DNA of 48,135 nucleotides, taken from NCBI GenBank assembly GCA_964510405.1, contig CAZEAX010000001.1, forward strand, positions 1 to 48,135, in the 5' to 3' direction. Below the pieces are notes generated by a model. It searched no databases. It was given only the letters and a program-made list of their open reading frames with translations, and was not told the DNA's origin. The position numbers were made by a program, and so were the translations under genes. This stretch comes from an uncultured Streptomyces sp. (GTDB taxonomy: Bacteria > Pseudomonadota > Gammaproteobacteria > Burkholderiales > SG8-41). Below are positions 8,510-16,787 of this stretch, piece by piece (the first letter of the stretch is position 1; each line of letters opens with the position of its first letter).

Positions 8510-9478
8510 ATGATGAAGTCAGTATTGGTGCGCGTCGCCGTATTGTGGTCTGCGATCGTGATTGCCGCGATCGCCCAGGATTATCCAAGCAAGTCGGTGC
8601 GCGTGGTCGTGCCGTGGGCGGCGGGCGGTTCGACCGACTCGATCAGCCGCATACTCGCGGCGAAACTCACCGAATACACGGGCCAGCAGTTCATCATCGA
8701 TAACCGCGCCGGCGCCACGGGCACGATCGGGCACGCGCTCGTGTCGAAGTCGCCGCCGGACGGCTACACGCTGTTGATCGGCAGCAACAGCACGTTTGCA
8801 ATTGCGCCGCATCTCTACAAGACGCTGCAATATGACAACGACACGTCGTTCGCGCCGATCGAGCTGCTCGCGGTGAGTCCGCAGATCCTGTCGGTGCACC
8901 CGTCGATACCGGCAAAAAACGTGAAAGAGCTGATCGCGCTGGCCAAGGCGCAGCCCGGCTCGTTGATATTTTCGTCGGCGGGCCAGGGCAGCACGAGCCA
9001 TCTCGCGACCGAACTCCTGATGAACACCGCAGGCATCAGGATGATCCACGTGCCGTACAAAGGCGGCGGACCGTCGGCACAGGCGCTGCTCGGCGGCGAA
9101 ACGATGTTGTCTTTCGTCGACGTAATCACTGCGTTGCCGTTCGCGAAGGCCGGCCGGCTGCGGCCGCTCGCCGCCAGCACGACCAGGCGCTCGGCGATGA
9201 TGCCCGATCTGCCGACGATCTCCGAGTCGGGATTGAAAGGGTTCGACTCGGCGACTACCTTCGCCGTGTTCGTGCCGGCAGGCACGCCGCGCGAAGTGAT
9301 CGCAAAGCTCAACCGCGAAATCACGCGCGCGCTCGCCGCGCCCGACGTCAAGGAGAAGCTCTTCAATCAGGGCATCGAAACCGTCGGCGGCACGCCCGAG
9401 GAATTCATCGCCTATAACAAAGCGGAGTCCGCCAAGTGGGGCAAGGTGATCCGCGAGCAGGGCATCAAGATCGAATAG
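8510..9478 (+). CDS. TctC/Bug-family substrate-binding protein
   Basis: Signal peptide, then AQDYPSKSVRVVVPWAAGGSTD, DNRAGATGTIG, PDGYTLL and HVPYKGGGPSA. The start could instead be the second ATG at 8513. Confidence 0.9.
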   Translation: MMKSVLVRVAVLWSAIVIAAIAQDYPSKSVRVVVPWAAGGSTDSISRILAAKLTEYTGQQFIIDNRAGATGTIGHALVSKSPPDGYTLLIGSNSTFAIAPHLYKTLQYDNDTSFAPIELLAVSPQILSVHPSIPAKNVKELIALAKAQPGSLIFSSAGQGSTSHLATELLMNTAGIRMIHVPYKGGGPSAQALLGGETMLSFVDVITALPFAKAGRLRPLAASTTRRSAMMPDLPTISESGLKGFDSATTFAVFVPAGTPREVIAKLNREITRALAAPDVKEKLFNQGIETVGGTPEEFIAYNKAESAKWGKVIREQGIKIE

Positions 9479-9481
9479 CCG

Positions 9482-10687
9482 TTGAACGACGCCGCAATCA
9501 AGCCCGAAGTCGAAGCGGCGCGCCCGGCGCCGCTTTTGTTTACGCCCGCCGCGTTGCGCGGCGTGACCGCGCGCAACCGCGTGGTGGTGTCGCCGATGTG
9601 CCAGTACTCGTCGAACGACGGCGGGCCGACCGACTGGCACCTCGTGCATCTCGGCAAGTTCGCGCTCGGGGGTGCCGCCATCGTATATTGCGAAGAGACC
9701 GCGGTCGAGGAACGCGCGCGCAAGACCTACGGCTGCGCCGGTATTTACGCCGAACGCTTTACGCCGATGTATCACCGCATCACGAATTTTCTGCGCGAGA
9801 ACGGGTCGATTCCCGCCATCCAGCTCGGGCATGCAGGGCGCAAAGCGTCGTGCGGCCCGCCGTGGACGAATTTCAAGCCGCTGACGGCCGAAGACGCGAA
9901 GCACGGCATGCGGCCGTGGCGCGGCGTGTCGCCGAGCGCGATTGCGCCGCGCGCGGATGCGCCGGCGCCGCTGGAATTGTCGGTGGACGACATCAAGGCC
10001 GTGCTTGCCGCGTGGCGCGAGGCCGCACAGCGCAGCATCGACGCCGGTTTCGATATCTGCGAAATCCACGGCGCACACGGTTACCTGATCCACCAATTTC
10101 TGTCGCCGCTGGCAAACAAGCGCACCGATGCGTACGGCGGCGACCTCGACGGCCGCATGCGCTTCGCGCTCGAGGTCGCCGAAACCGTGCGCACCGTCTG
10201 GCCGCAGGACAAGCCGCTGTTCTTCCGCGTGTCGGCGGTCGACGGCGACGGCGGCGCGTGGGACATGGACGATACCGTCGCGCTCGCGCGCGAACTGAAA
10301 GCCCGCGGCGTCGATGTGATCACGTGTTCGTCGGGCGGCATCAACGGCCCGCTCAACATGGCGATAGTGCCGCGCACGCCCGGCTATCAGGTGCCGTATG
10401 CGGCGCGAGTCAAGCGCGAGGCGGACATGCCGACGTGCGCGGTCGGCCTGATTACCGAAGCGCACCAGGCGGAAGACATCCTGCGGCGCGGAGAGGCCGA
10501 CCTGATCGCGCTCGCGCGCGAACTCATGTACAACCCCAACTGGCCGGTGCATGCGGCGAAGGAACTCGGCTACCGCGATTATCTCGATCTGCTGCCGCCC
10601 GCGTATTCGTGGTGGTTGAAGCGGCGCGAGCAGATTCTGGCCCTGCGCCCCGACAACGAAACCGCAACCGCCCCGAAAAAAGGATGA
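9482..10687 (+). CDS. NADH:flavin oxidoreductase, Old Yellow Enzyme family (YqjM-like)
   Basis: TTG start 3 nt after the preceding stop. Motifs include VVSPMCQY, IQLGHAGRKAS and CEIHGAHGYLIHQFLSP. Confidence 0.9.
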   Translation: MNDAAIKPEVEAARPAPLLFTPAALRGVTARNRVVVSPMCQYSSNDGGPTDWHLVHLGKFALGGAAIVYCEETAVEERARKTYGCAGIYAERFTPMYHRITNFLRENGSIPAIQLGHAGRKASCGPPWTNFKPLTAEDAKHGMRPWRGVSPSAIAPRADAPAPLELSVDDIKAVLAAWREAAQRSIDAGFDICEIHGAHGYLIHQFLSPLANKRTDAYGGDLDGRMRFALEVAETVRTVWPQDKPLFFRVSAVDGDGGAWDMDDTVALARELKARGVDVITCSSGGINGPLNMAIVPRTPGYQVPYAARVKREADMPTCAVGLITEAHQAEDILRRGEADLIALARELMYNPNWPVHAAKELGYRDYLDLLPPAYSWWLKRREQILALRPDNETATAPKKG

Positions 10688-10689
10688 TC

Positions 10690-11160
10690 ATGCAAACGAA
10701 AAAAAGTTTTACCGTCAATTCCATCGGCACCGTCAAGTGCGCGGTGACCGAAATGTCGCAGGGCGGCTGGGCGAAGATCGACTCCGAGATTCATCTCAAT
10801 GCAGAGTTGACCGGCGGTCTGCAGGGCCTCGCGGGTTTCTCGCACATTCTCGTCATCTTCGCGCTCGACCGTGCGCTCGGGTTCGATCCCGCCAAGCAAT
10901 TGATGCGCAAGCCGCGCGGCCGCGAAGACATGCAGGCTGTCGGCGTGTTCGCGCAACGCACGAAGTACCGGCCGAATCCAATAGGCATCACGGCAGTGCA
11001 ATTGCTGGGCATCACGGGCAACGTCGTCAAAGTGCGCGGCCTCGACGCGCTCGACGGCACGCCGGTGCTCGACATCAAGCCGTATATGCCGCCGTTCGAC
11101 CGCATGGAGGACGTCAAGATGCCGGAGTGGGTGGGGCTGTTCATGGACGGGTATTTCTGA
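10690..11160 (+). CDS. TrmO/YaeB-family (UPF0066) domain protein, short form
   Basis: Motifs include FSHILVIFALD, RTKYRPNPIGIT and LDGTPVLDIKPY. AAGGA lies 6 nt upstream of ATG 10690. An alternative ATG at 10684 overlaps the OYE stop (ATGA). Confidence 0.8.
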   Translation: MQTKKSFTVNSIGTVKCAVTEMSQGGWAKIDSEIHLNAELTGGLQGLAGFSHILVIFALDRALGFDPAKQLMRKPRGREDMQAVGVFAQRTKYRPNPIGITAVQLLGITGNVVKVRGLDALDGTPVLDIKPYMPPFDRMEDVKMPEWVGLFMDGYF

Positions 11161-11170
11161 AGAGGGCTTT

Positions 11171-13300
11171 GTGAGCACAGCAAAACCAAAAAGATCCGCG
11201 CGTGAAAGCGTGCGCATCGCCGTCGACATCGGCGGCACTTTCACGGACGGTCTCGCCGTCATCGCGCCGGGCAACCGGATCTGGGTCGGCAAGACGCTGA
11301 CGACACCCGACGATCCGGGAGTGGCGGTGACCACCGTCATGGCGGACTTGCTGAAGCAGATCGCCGCGGCGCGCGGCGCAGGCAAGCGCGCAGTGACGGA
11401 TGTGGTGCACGGCACGACGCTCGTGACCAACACGCTGATCGAGCGCAAGGGCGCGCGCACCGGGCTCGTCGTCACGCAGGGCACGCGCGACGTGCTCACC
11501 ATCGCGCGCGAAATCCGCTACGACCTCTACGATCTGAATCTCGAGATTCCGCAACCGCTGGTGCCGGAAGACAAGCGCGTCGAAGCCGCCGAGCGGCTCG
11601 ACGTGAGCGGTGCGATCGTCAAGCCGCTTACCGCCGTGGAACTCGAAGGAGTGCTGGACCAGCTCCGCGCGCTCGATGTCGACGCGGTCGCCGTGTGCCT
11701 CTTGCATGCGTATGTGAACGACGTGCACGAAAAGCAGATTGCAGCCGCTGTAAAGAAACGATTTCCGAAGCTCGCGATTTCGATTTCGTCCGGCATTGCG
11801 CGCGAGATCCGCGAATACGAGCGCATGTCGACGACGGTCGCGAACGCGTACGTGCAGCCGCTGATGACCGAGTACCTGAACCGGCTCGATCAGCGCGTGC
11901 ACGATCTGGCGCCCGGCGCGCCGTTGAAGATCATGGTGTCGAGCGGCGGCTTCACGTCGGGCAAGGCTGCTGCAGACACGCCTATCCTGCTGCTCGAATC
12001 GGGGCCGGCCGGCGGCGTGCTGTCGGCGCTCAACACCGCGCGCAACACCGGCATCTCGGAAATCCTCGCGTTCGACATGGGCGGCACGACGGCGAAGGCA
12101 TGCGTCGCGGTCGGCGGCGAGCCGCTGATTGCGCACAGTTTCGAATGCGCGCGCGTGTCGCGTTTCAAGCGCGGCTCGGGACTGCCTATATTGATACCGA
12201 GCATCGACCTGATCGAGATCGGCGCCGGCGGCGGCTCGATCGCGCACGTCAACGATCTCGGCCTGCTCAACGTCGGGCCGGAATCCTCCGGCGCGGTGCC
12301 GGGGCCCGCGTGCTACGGGCTCGGCGGCGAGGGCGCAACGGTCACCGACGCCGATCTCGCGCTCGGTTATCTCAATCCGGATAATTTTCTCGGCGGCGAC
12401 ATGAAGCTGCGCACCGATCTCGCGCAGGCCGCGCTGCAAAAACTCGCGACCCAGCTCAAGTTGACGGCGACCGAAGTAGCGTGGGGCATCTGCAATATCG
12501 TCAACGAGAACATGGCCGCCGCGGCGCGCATCCACATCGCGGAGAAAGGCCACGACCCGCGCAGCTTCACGATGGTCGCGACCGGCGGCGCGGGGCCGGT
12601 GCACGTGGTCGAAGTCGCGCGCAAGTTGCAGATCCCGCGCGTGCTGGCGACGATCGCGGCGGGCGCCGGCTCGTGCCTGGGTTTGCTCGCGGCACCCGCG
12701 CGCGTCGATCGCTCGTGGTCGAATCCGACGCTGGTAGCCGCGATCGACTGGAAAAAAGTCGCCGGCGTTTACGCGGATCTCCGCGCCGATGCCGAAAAGG
12801 AACTGGATTCCGCCGGCGCGCGCGACGCGAACCTCAAGTGGTGGATAGGCGCCGAAATGCGCTATGCGGGCCAGGGCCATAACGTTTCCGTCAATCTGCC
12901 GTGGCGCAAGGTGAACGCCGCGATGGCGCCGGCGCTGATCCGCGAATTCGAGCGCTGCTACCGGCAGTTCTACGGGCACCTCGTGCCGGGCGCGGCGCCG
13001 CAGGTGATCACGTGGCGGCTGACCGGCCGCTCGGTGGTGAAGAGCCACCGCTTTGCGTGGGGTGACGCGCGCGTGAGTGCGAAGCCCGTGATGCGCGGCA
13101 AGCGCGCGATCTACCTGCCGCTCAAGCGGAAATTCCAGCCGGTGCCGGTGTACGACCGCTATTCGCTGAAGCCCGGCACCAAAATCGCCGGTCCGCTGAT
13201 ACTCGAGGAGCGCGAATCGACGCTGGTGGTGCCGGTCGCGGCCGAAGTGAAAATACTCGCCGATTACACGGTCGCGGTGACGATCAAGGAGTTCGAATGA
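11171..13300 (+). CDS. hyuA: hydantoinase/oxoprolinase family, A (HyuA-like) subunit
   Basis: GTG start. Contains RIAVDIGGTFTD near the N-terminus and a second ATPase-fold segment LAFDMGGTTAK. Length 709 aa. Confidence 0.9.
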   Translation: MSTAKPKRSARESVRIAVDIGGTFTDGLAVIAPGNRIWVGKTLTTPDDPGVAVTTVMADLLKQIAAARGAGKRAVTDVVHGTTLVTNTLIERKGARTGLVVTQGTRDVLTIAREIRYDLYDLNLEIPQPLVPEDKRVEAAERLDVSGAIVKPLTAVELEGVLDQLRALDVDAVAVCLLHAYVNDVHEKQIAAAVKKRFPKLAISISSGIAREIREYERMSTTVANAYVQPLMTEYLNRLDQRVHDLAPGAPLKIMVSSGGFTSGKAAADTPILLLESGPAGGVLSALNTARNTGISEILAFDMGGTTAKACVAVGGEPLIAHSFECARVSRFKRGSGLPILIPSIDLIEIGAGGGSIAHVNDLGLLNVGPESSGAVPGPACYGLGGEGATVTDADLALGYLNPDNFLGGDMKLRTDLAQAALQKLATQLKLTATEVAWGICNIVNENMAAAARIHIAEKGHDPRSFTMVATGGAGPVHVVEVARKLQIPRVLATIAAGAGSCLGLLAAPARVDRSWSNPTLVAAIDWKKVAGVYADLRADAEKELDSAGARDANLKWWIGAEMRYAGQGHNVSVNLPWRKVNAAMAPALIREFERCYRQFYGHLVPGAAPQVITWRLTGRSVVKSHRFAWGDARVSAKPVMRGKRAIYLPLKRKFQPVPVYDRYSLKPGTKIAGPLILEERESTLVVPVAAEVKILADYTVAVTIKEFE

Positions 13301-14832
13301 AAAAAATAAAGCTCGACCCCGTCACGCTCGAAATCCAGTGGAAGCGTTTGGTCAGCATGGTCGACGAGGCCTCGGCCGCGTTCGTGCGCACGTCGTTCTC
13401 GGTGCTGGTGCGCGAAGCGAACGATTTCGCCGTCGTATTGACCGACGCCGAAGGTCATTCGATCGCGCAGTCGGTGCTGTCGATCCCGTCGTTCATCGGC
13501 ACGCTGCCGGCGACGGTCAAGCATTTCCTCAGGAAGTTTCCGGCGCATACGCTGAAGCCCGGCGACGTGATGATCACCAACGATCCGTGGATGGGCACCG
13601 GCCACATCCACGACGTCAACATCGCGATGCCGATATTTCACAAGGGTAGGCTCGTCGCGTTCGCCGCGGTGGTGAGCCACATGCCCGACATCGGCGGGCG
13701 CATCCGCAACGCGGGCATCCGCGACATTTACGAAGAAGGCCTGCAGATCCCGCAGCTGAAACTGATCAACGCGGGCAAGCCCGACCAGAACCTGCTCGAC
13801 ATGATAGGGCAGAACGTGCGCGTGCCCGAGCAGACGCTGGGCGACATCTGGGCGCAGGTCGCCGCGTGCAAGATGCTCGAAGAACGCTTGCGGCCGCTCT
13901 TGCGCGATACCGATCTCAATGCGCTCGGCGCGGAAATCCGCCGCCGCTCGGAGGCCGCGATGCGCAAAAGCATCCGTGCGGTACCGGACGGCGTGTACCA
14001 CGCGCAAACGCGTCACGACGGGTTCGAGGAACCCATCCTCATCAACTGCACGATCACGGTCAAAGGCGAGAAGCTCGCGATCGATTACACGGGTTCCTCC
14101 GCGCAGGTGCCGCGCGCCGTCAACGTGGTGCCGATTTATACGTTCGCGTACTCGGCATTCGCGGTGAAGGCATTGCTGTGCCCCGACGTGCCGAACAACG
14201 AAGGCAGCTTCACGCCGATCACGACGTCGGCGCCGCTCGGCTCGATCTTCAATCCGCGCTATCCGGCGGCGAGCGGCGGGCGCGGCATGATAGGCCACAT
14301 GATGGTGCCGGCGATCATGATGGCGCTCGCTGACGTGCTGCCCGAGCGCGCGATCGCGGAAGGCTCGTCGAATTCGTCGATCACGGTCACGGGAGAACAT
14401 CAGGGCCGGCCGTACGCGGCAGTCAATTTCATGAACGCGGGACAGGGCGCGACCAGGCACCGCAACGGCTACACGATGCTGTCGTTCCCGTCGAACCTGT
14501 CGAACACGCCGATCGAAGTGTTCGAGCAGATGGCGCCGCTGCGCGTGGTCGAGCGCAGCATCCGGCGCGGCAGCGGCGGCGCCGGCAAGCATCGCGGCGG
14601 CGACGGATTGCGTTTCGAAGTCGAGGTCGTGGCGGACACGCCGATGATGGCGTCGATGATCATGACGCGCTTTCGCACCGCACCCCAGGGCATCTTCGGC
14701 GGCGCGCCGGGCAAAGTCGGCGCGCTGCTCCTGAACGGCAAGACCATCGATCCCGCCGACCACTGGGTGTTGAACAAGGGCGACCGCGTGGTGATGGAAA
14801 CCGCGGGCGGCGGCGGATACGGAAAAGCTTAG
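13297..14832 (+). CDS. hyuB: hydantoinase/oxoprolinase family, B (HyuB-like) subunit
   Basis: ATGA overlap with hyuA. Motifs include DPVTLEIQWKRLVSMVDE, ITNDPWMGTGHIHD and GGGGYG near the C-terminus. Confidence 0.9.
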   Translation: MKKIKLDPVTLEIQWKRLVSMVDEASAAFVRTSFSVLVREANDFAVVLTDAEGHSIAQSVLSIPSFIGTLPATVKHFLRKFPAHTLKPGDVMITNDPWMGTGHIHDVNIAMPIFHKGRLVAFAAVVSHMPDIGGRIRNAGIRDIYEEGLQIPQLKLINAGKPDQNLLDMIGQNVRVPEQTLGDIWAQVAACKMLEERLRPLLRDTDLNALGAEIRRRSEAAMRKSIRAVPDGVYHAQTRHDGFEEPILINCTITVKGEKLAIDYTGSSAQVPRAVNVVPIYTFAYSAFAVKALLCPDVPNNEGSFTPITTSAPLGSIFNPRYPAASGGRGMIGHMMVPAIMMALADVLPERAIAEGSSNSSITVTGEHQGRPYAAVNFMNAGQGATRHRNGYTMLSFPSNLSNTPIEVFEQMAPLRVVERSIRRGSGGAGKHRGGDGLRFEVEVVADTPMMASMIMTRFRTAPQGIFGGAPGKVGALLLNGKTIDPADHWVLNKGDRVVMETAGGGGYGKA

Positions 14833-14840
14833 CAATTGCT

Positions 14841-14925
14841 CCGTCACTCCCGCGCAGGCGGGAGTCCGGAGAAGTCACACGGTTAAATCAAATTCGCCTG
14901 GATACCCGCCTGCGCGGGTATGACG
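14841..14925. repeat. REP/MITE-like element: two inverted copies of a CCCGCGCAGGCGGG hairpin unit
   Basis: The left arm CCGTCACTCCCGCGCAGGCGGGAGTCC contains hairpin 14846..14865. The right arm CTGGATACCCGCCTGCGCGGGTATGACG contains hairpin 14902..14921. The two arms are inverted relative to each other. Confidence 0.6.
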
Positions 14926-14936
14926 AGCAAGACACA

Positions 14937-14972
14937 CCTTCGTCCGCTTGCGGGGGAAGGCCGGGATGGGGG
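14937..14972. repeat. decayed copy of the REP-like unit found at 45161..45199 (opposite orientation)
   Basis: CCTTCGTCCGCTTGCGGGGGAAGGCCGGGATGGGGG compares with the reverse complement of CCCCCATCCCTAGCCCTTCCCCCGCAAGCGGGGGAAGGG. Confidence 0.55.
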
Positions 14973-14979
14973 TGCAGGC

Positions 14980-15876
14980 TTACTTCAGCAAGCCGATTTC
15001 CCGCAGATACTTTTGCACGCCCGGATGTATAAGTTCGACCCGCGGCGTCGCGGCGAGCGTGTTGGCGAGCGTTGATTCGCGCGCCTGTTCGAGGCGCTTG
15101 CCGATCGCCGCTTCGCCTTTGTGCAGCGCGCGTGCGAGGCGATAAGCGGTATCGTCCGGCAGCGTCGTGCGCGCAAGCACGAACGACCACGAGCCCACGG
15201 TGGCAACGTCCGCCTTCTGCCCGGGATAACTGCCGGCGGGCAGCGTGATCGGTTTGATGAACGTGTGCCTGGCGGTGATGCGCTTGATTTCGTCCGCAGT
15301 CGGCGCGATGAAACGCGCGCCCGCGGGGCCGTTGGATATCGCGGTGAAACCGGGCCAGCCGACCCCGCCGCCCCACAGCGTGGCGGCGCGCCCGTCGAGC
15401 ACCATCGCCGGGCCGTCGCCGGCTTTCTCGAGGAGATGCGCCTCGAAATCCTTGTGCATGTCGAGACCCAGTCCATCCATCACGTAGCGCGCGAGCACGA
15501 TGAAGCCCGAGCCCGCCGCACCCCACGCGATCGGTTTGCCTTTCAGGTCCGCAATCGATTTATACGGGCTGTCGCCGCGCACGATGAACATGCCCGAGTT
15601 CGAATACATCGCGTTCAATATGCGCACGTCGGCGGGCGCGCGGCCGATGCCGGAAATCGCCTCGTAGAAAACTTCGCCGGTGACCTGTCCTGTATCGAGC
15701 TTGTCCGCTTCGAGCAGCGGCACGTTTTCGGTGCTGCCCTTGGTGTTCTTCGGCTGCACGGATAACGTCGGGTCCATTTCGTTCAGCGTCGCGGCAAAGG
15801 CGTCGCCGTAAACCGGAAAGCCGCCGCCCGGCGTGGCGGTGCCGTGCAGCACGATCGTTTTGTCAGCCGCGCTCAT
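14980..15876 (-). CDS. TAXI-family TRAP-type solute receptor-like protein (no signal peptide)
   Basis: 298 aa. Segments PKNTKGSTENVPLLEADKLD, IADLKGKPIAWGAAGSG and LPAGSYPGQ resemble TAXI/NMT1-fold binding proteins. The ORF begins directly at the mature domain. Confidence 0.75.
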   Translation of the reverse strand: MSAADKTIVLHGTATPGGGFPVYGDAFAATLNEMDPTLSVQPKNTKGSTENVPLLEADKLDTGQVTGEVFYEAISGIGRAPADVRILNAMYSNSGMFIVRGDSPYKSIADLKGKPIAWGAAGSGFIVLARYVMDGLGLDMHKDFEAHLLEKAGDGPAMVLDGRAATLWGGGVGWPGFTAISNGPAGARFIAPTADEIKRITARHTFIKPITLPAGSYPGQKADVATVGSWSFVLARTTLPDDTAYRLARALHKGEAAIGKRLEQARESTLANTLAATPRVELIHPGVQKYLREIGLLK

Positions 15877-15995
15877 GATGGCCGCTTCGCGCGGGAGTGC
15901 GCGGCACGCATATGGCCGGTATGTCGCGATGTATGGGCTTGCAATTCATTGCTCCTCGTGGCCGCATGAGTGCGTAAGCCGCTCTCACGGCGCGC

Positions 15996-16691
15996 CTAGT
16001 TGATAATTTTGTAGAGCCGCTCGTCGTAGAGGCTGCCGCTCAGCGGCGTCAACTTCTCGCGGAATTGCTTCGTGTTCGCGTTCATGCCATGCGTGTCGAC
16101 GGCCTTCTGGTTGCGCCATACTTCCACCACCGTCATGTGATTGGGGCGGCTGGTCTGCTGGAGCACGTCGAAACGAAGGTTGCCGTCGTCCTGGCGGCTC
16201 GCCTCGCTCAGTTCTTTCACGAAGCCGATGCCCCTGTCTTTCTCCGTCGGCACGATGTCGACGTGCGTGACGGCGTAAATTTCGGCGCCCTTGGCCTCGG
16301 GGCCCGCGGGCATCGCACCTGTCGACAGTCCCGTGTGAGGACGCTCGTCGTACGGGCTGCGCAGCAGCGGCTGCAGTTTCTCGCGAAACTGCTGCGTATG
16401 CGCCGCCGCCGCATGGGCCGCCTGCGCGTCCTTGTCCTTCCACGCTTCGAGGATTGCGAAGTGGTTGCGCTGGTTGCGGCGCTGGAGCACCTCGAAACGA
16501 ATGTTGCCCGCGTCCTTGCCGCTCGCCTTGCCGAACCCGCGGATGAGGCCGAGGGCCTTGCCCGAGTCCGGAGGCATGACCTCGAAATAGGTCACGACGT
16601 AAGCGGTGGCGGCATCGTCCGCGCGCGCGGGCTGCATCGAGCCAAACGCGATTACCGCAATGCAAAGCAGGAAACGAACCGGCAGCTTCAT
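15996..16691 (-). CDS. secreted protein with two tandem ABM (antibiotic-biosynthesis-monooxygenase-like, ferredoxin-fold) domains
   Basis: Signal peptide MKLPVRFLLCIAVIAFGSMQPARA. An internal duplication is clear: YVVTYFEVMP...FEVLQRRNQRNHFAILEAWKDKDAQAAH...FREKLQPLL..PYDERPH versus YAVTHVDIVP...FDVLQQTSRPNHMTVVEVWRNQKAVDTH...FREKLTPLS..LYDERLY. Confidence 0.8.
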   Translation of the reverse strand: MKLPVRFLLCIAVIAFGSMQPARADDAATAYVVTYFEVMPPDSGKALGLIRGFGKASGKDAGNIRFEVLQRRNQRNHFAILEAWKDKDAQAAHAAAAHTQQFREKLQPLLRSPYDERPHTGLSTGAMPAGPEAKGAEIYAVTHVDIVPTEKDRGIGFVKELSEASRQDDGNLRFDVLQQTSRPNHMTVVEVWRNQKAVDTHGMNANTKQFREKLTPLSGSLYDERLYKIIN

Positions 16692-16787
16692 ATCATCCTC
16701 CCCAGGTTAACCGTCAGTAAGCAAAATACGAACGTACTTTCATTCAGCCGCAGCCATTTCGTCAAGCCGGCGCGCGGCTATGCGCGT

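Noticed and set aside
15863-15949. A 28-aa ORF (MNCKPIHRDIPAICVPRTPARSGHHERG) upstream of, and overlapping, the TAXI gene start. It could be a leader peptide or a frameshifted signal peptide.
   Set aside because: The GAGGAG is only 2 nt from the ATG. The peptide is not hydrophobic, so it is not a signal peptide. There is no supporting evidence.
16692-16715. The shared motif AACC[AT]GGGGAGG upstream of three minus-strand starts (142, 16691 and 17840).
   Set aside because: It is most simply a strong SD (GGGGAGG) with a fortuitous AACC prefix. Three occurrences are insufficient to claim a regulatory element.
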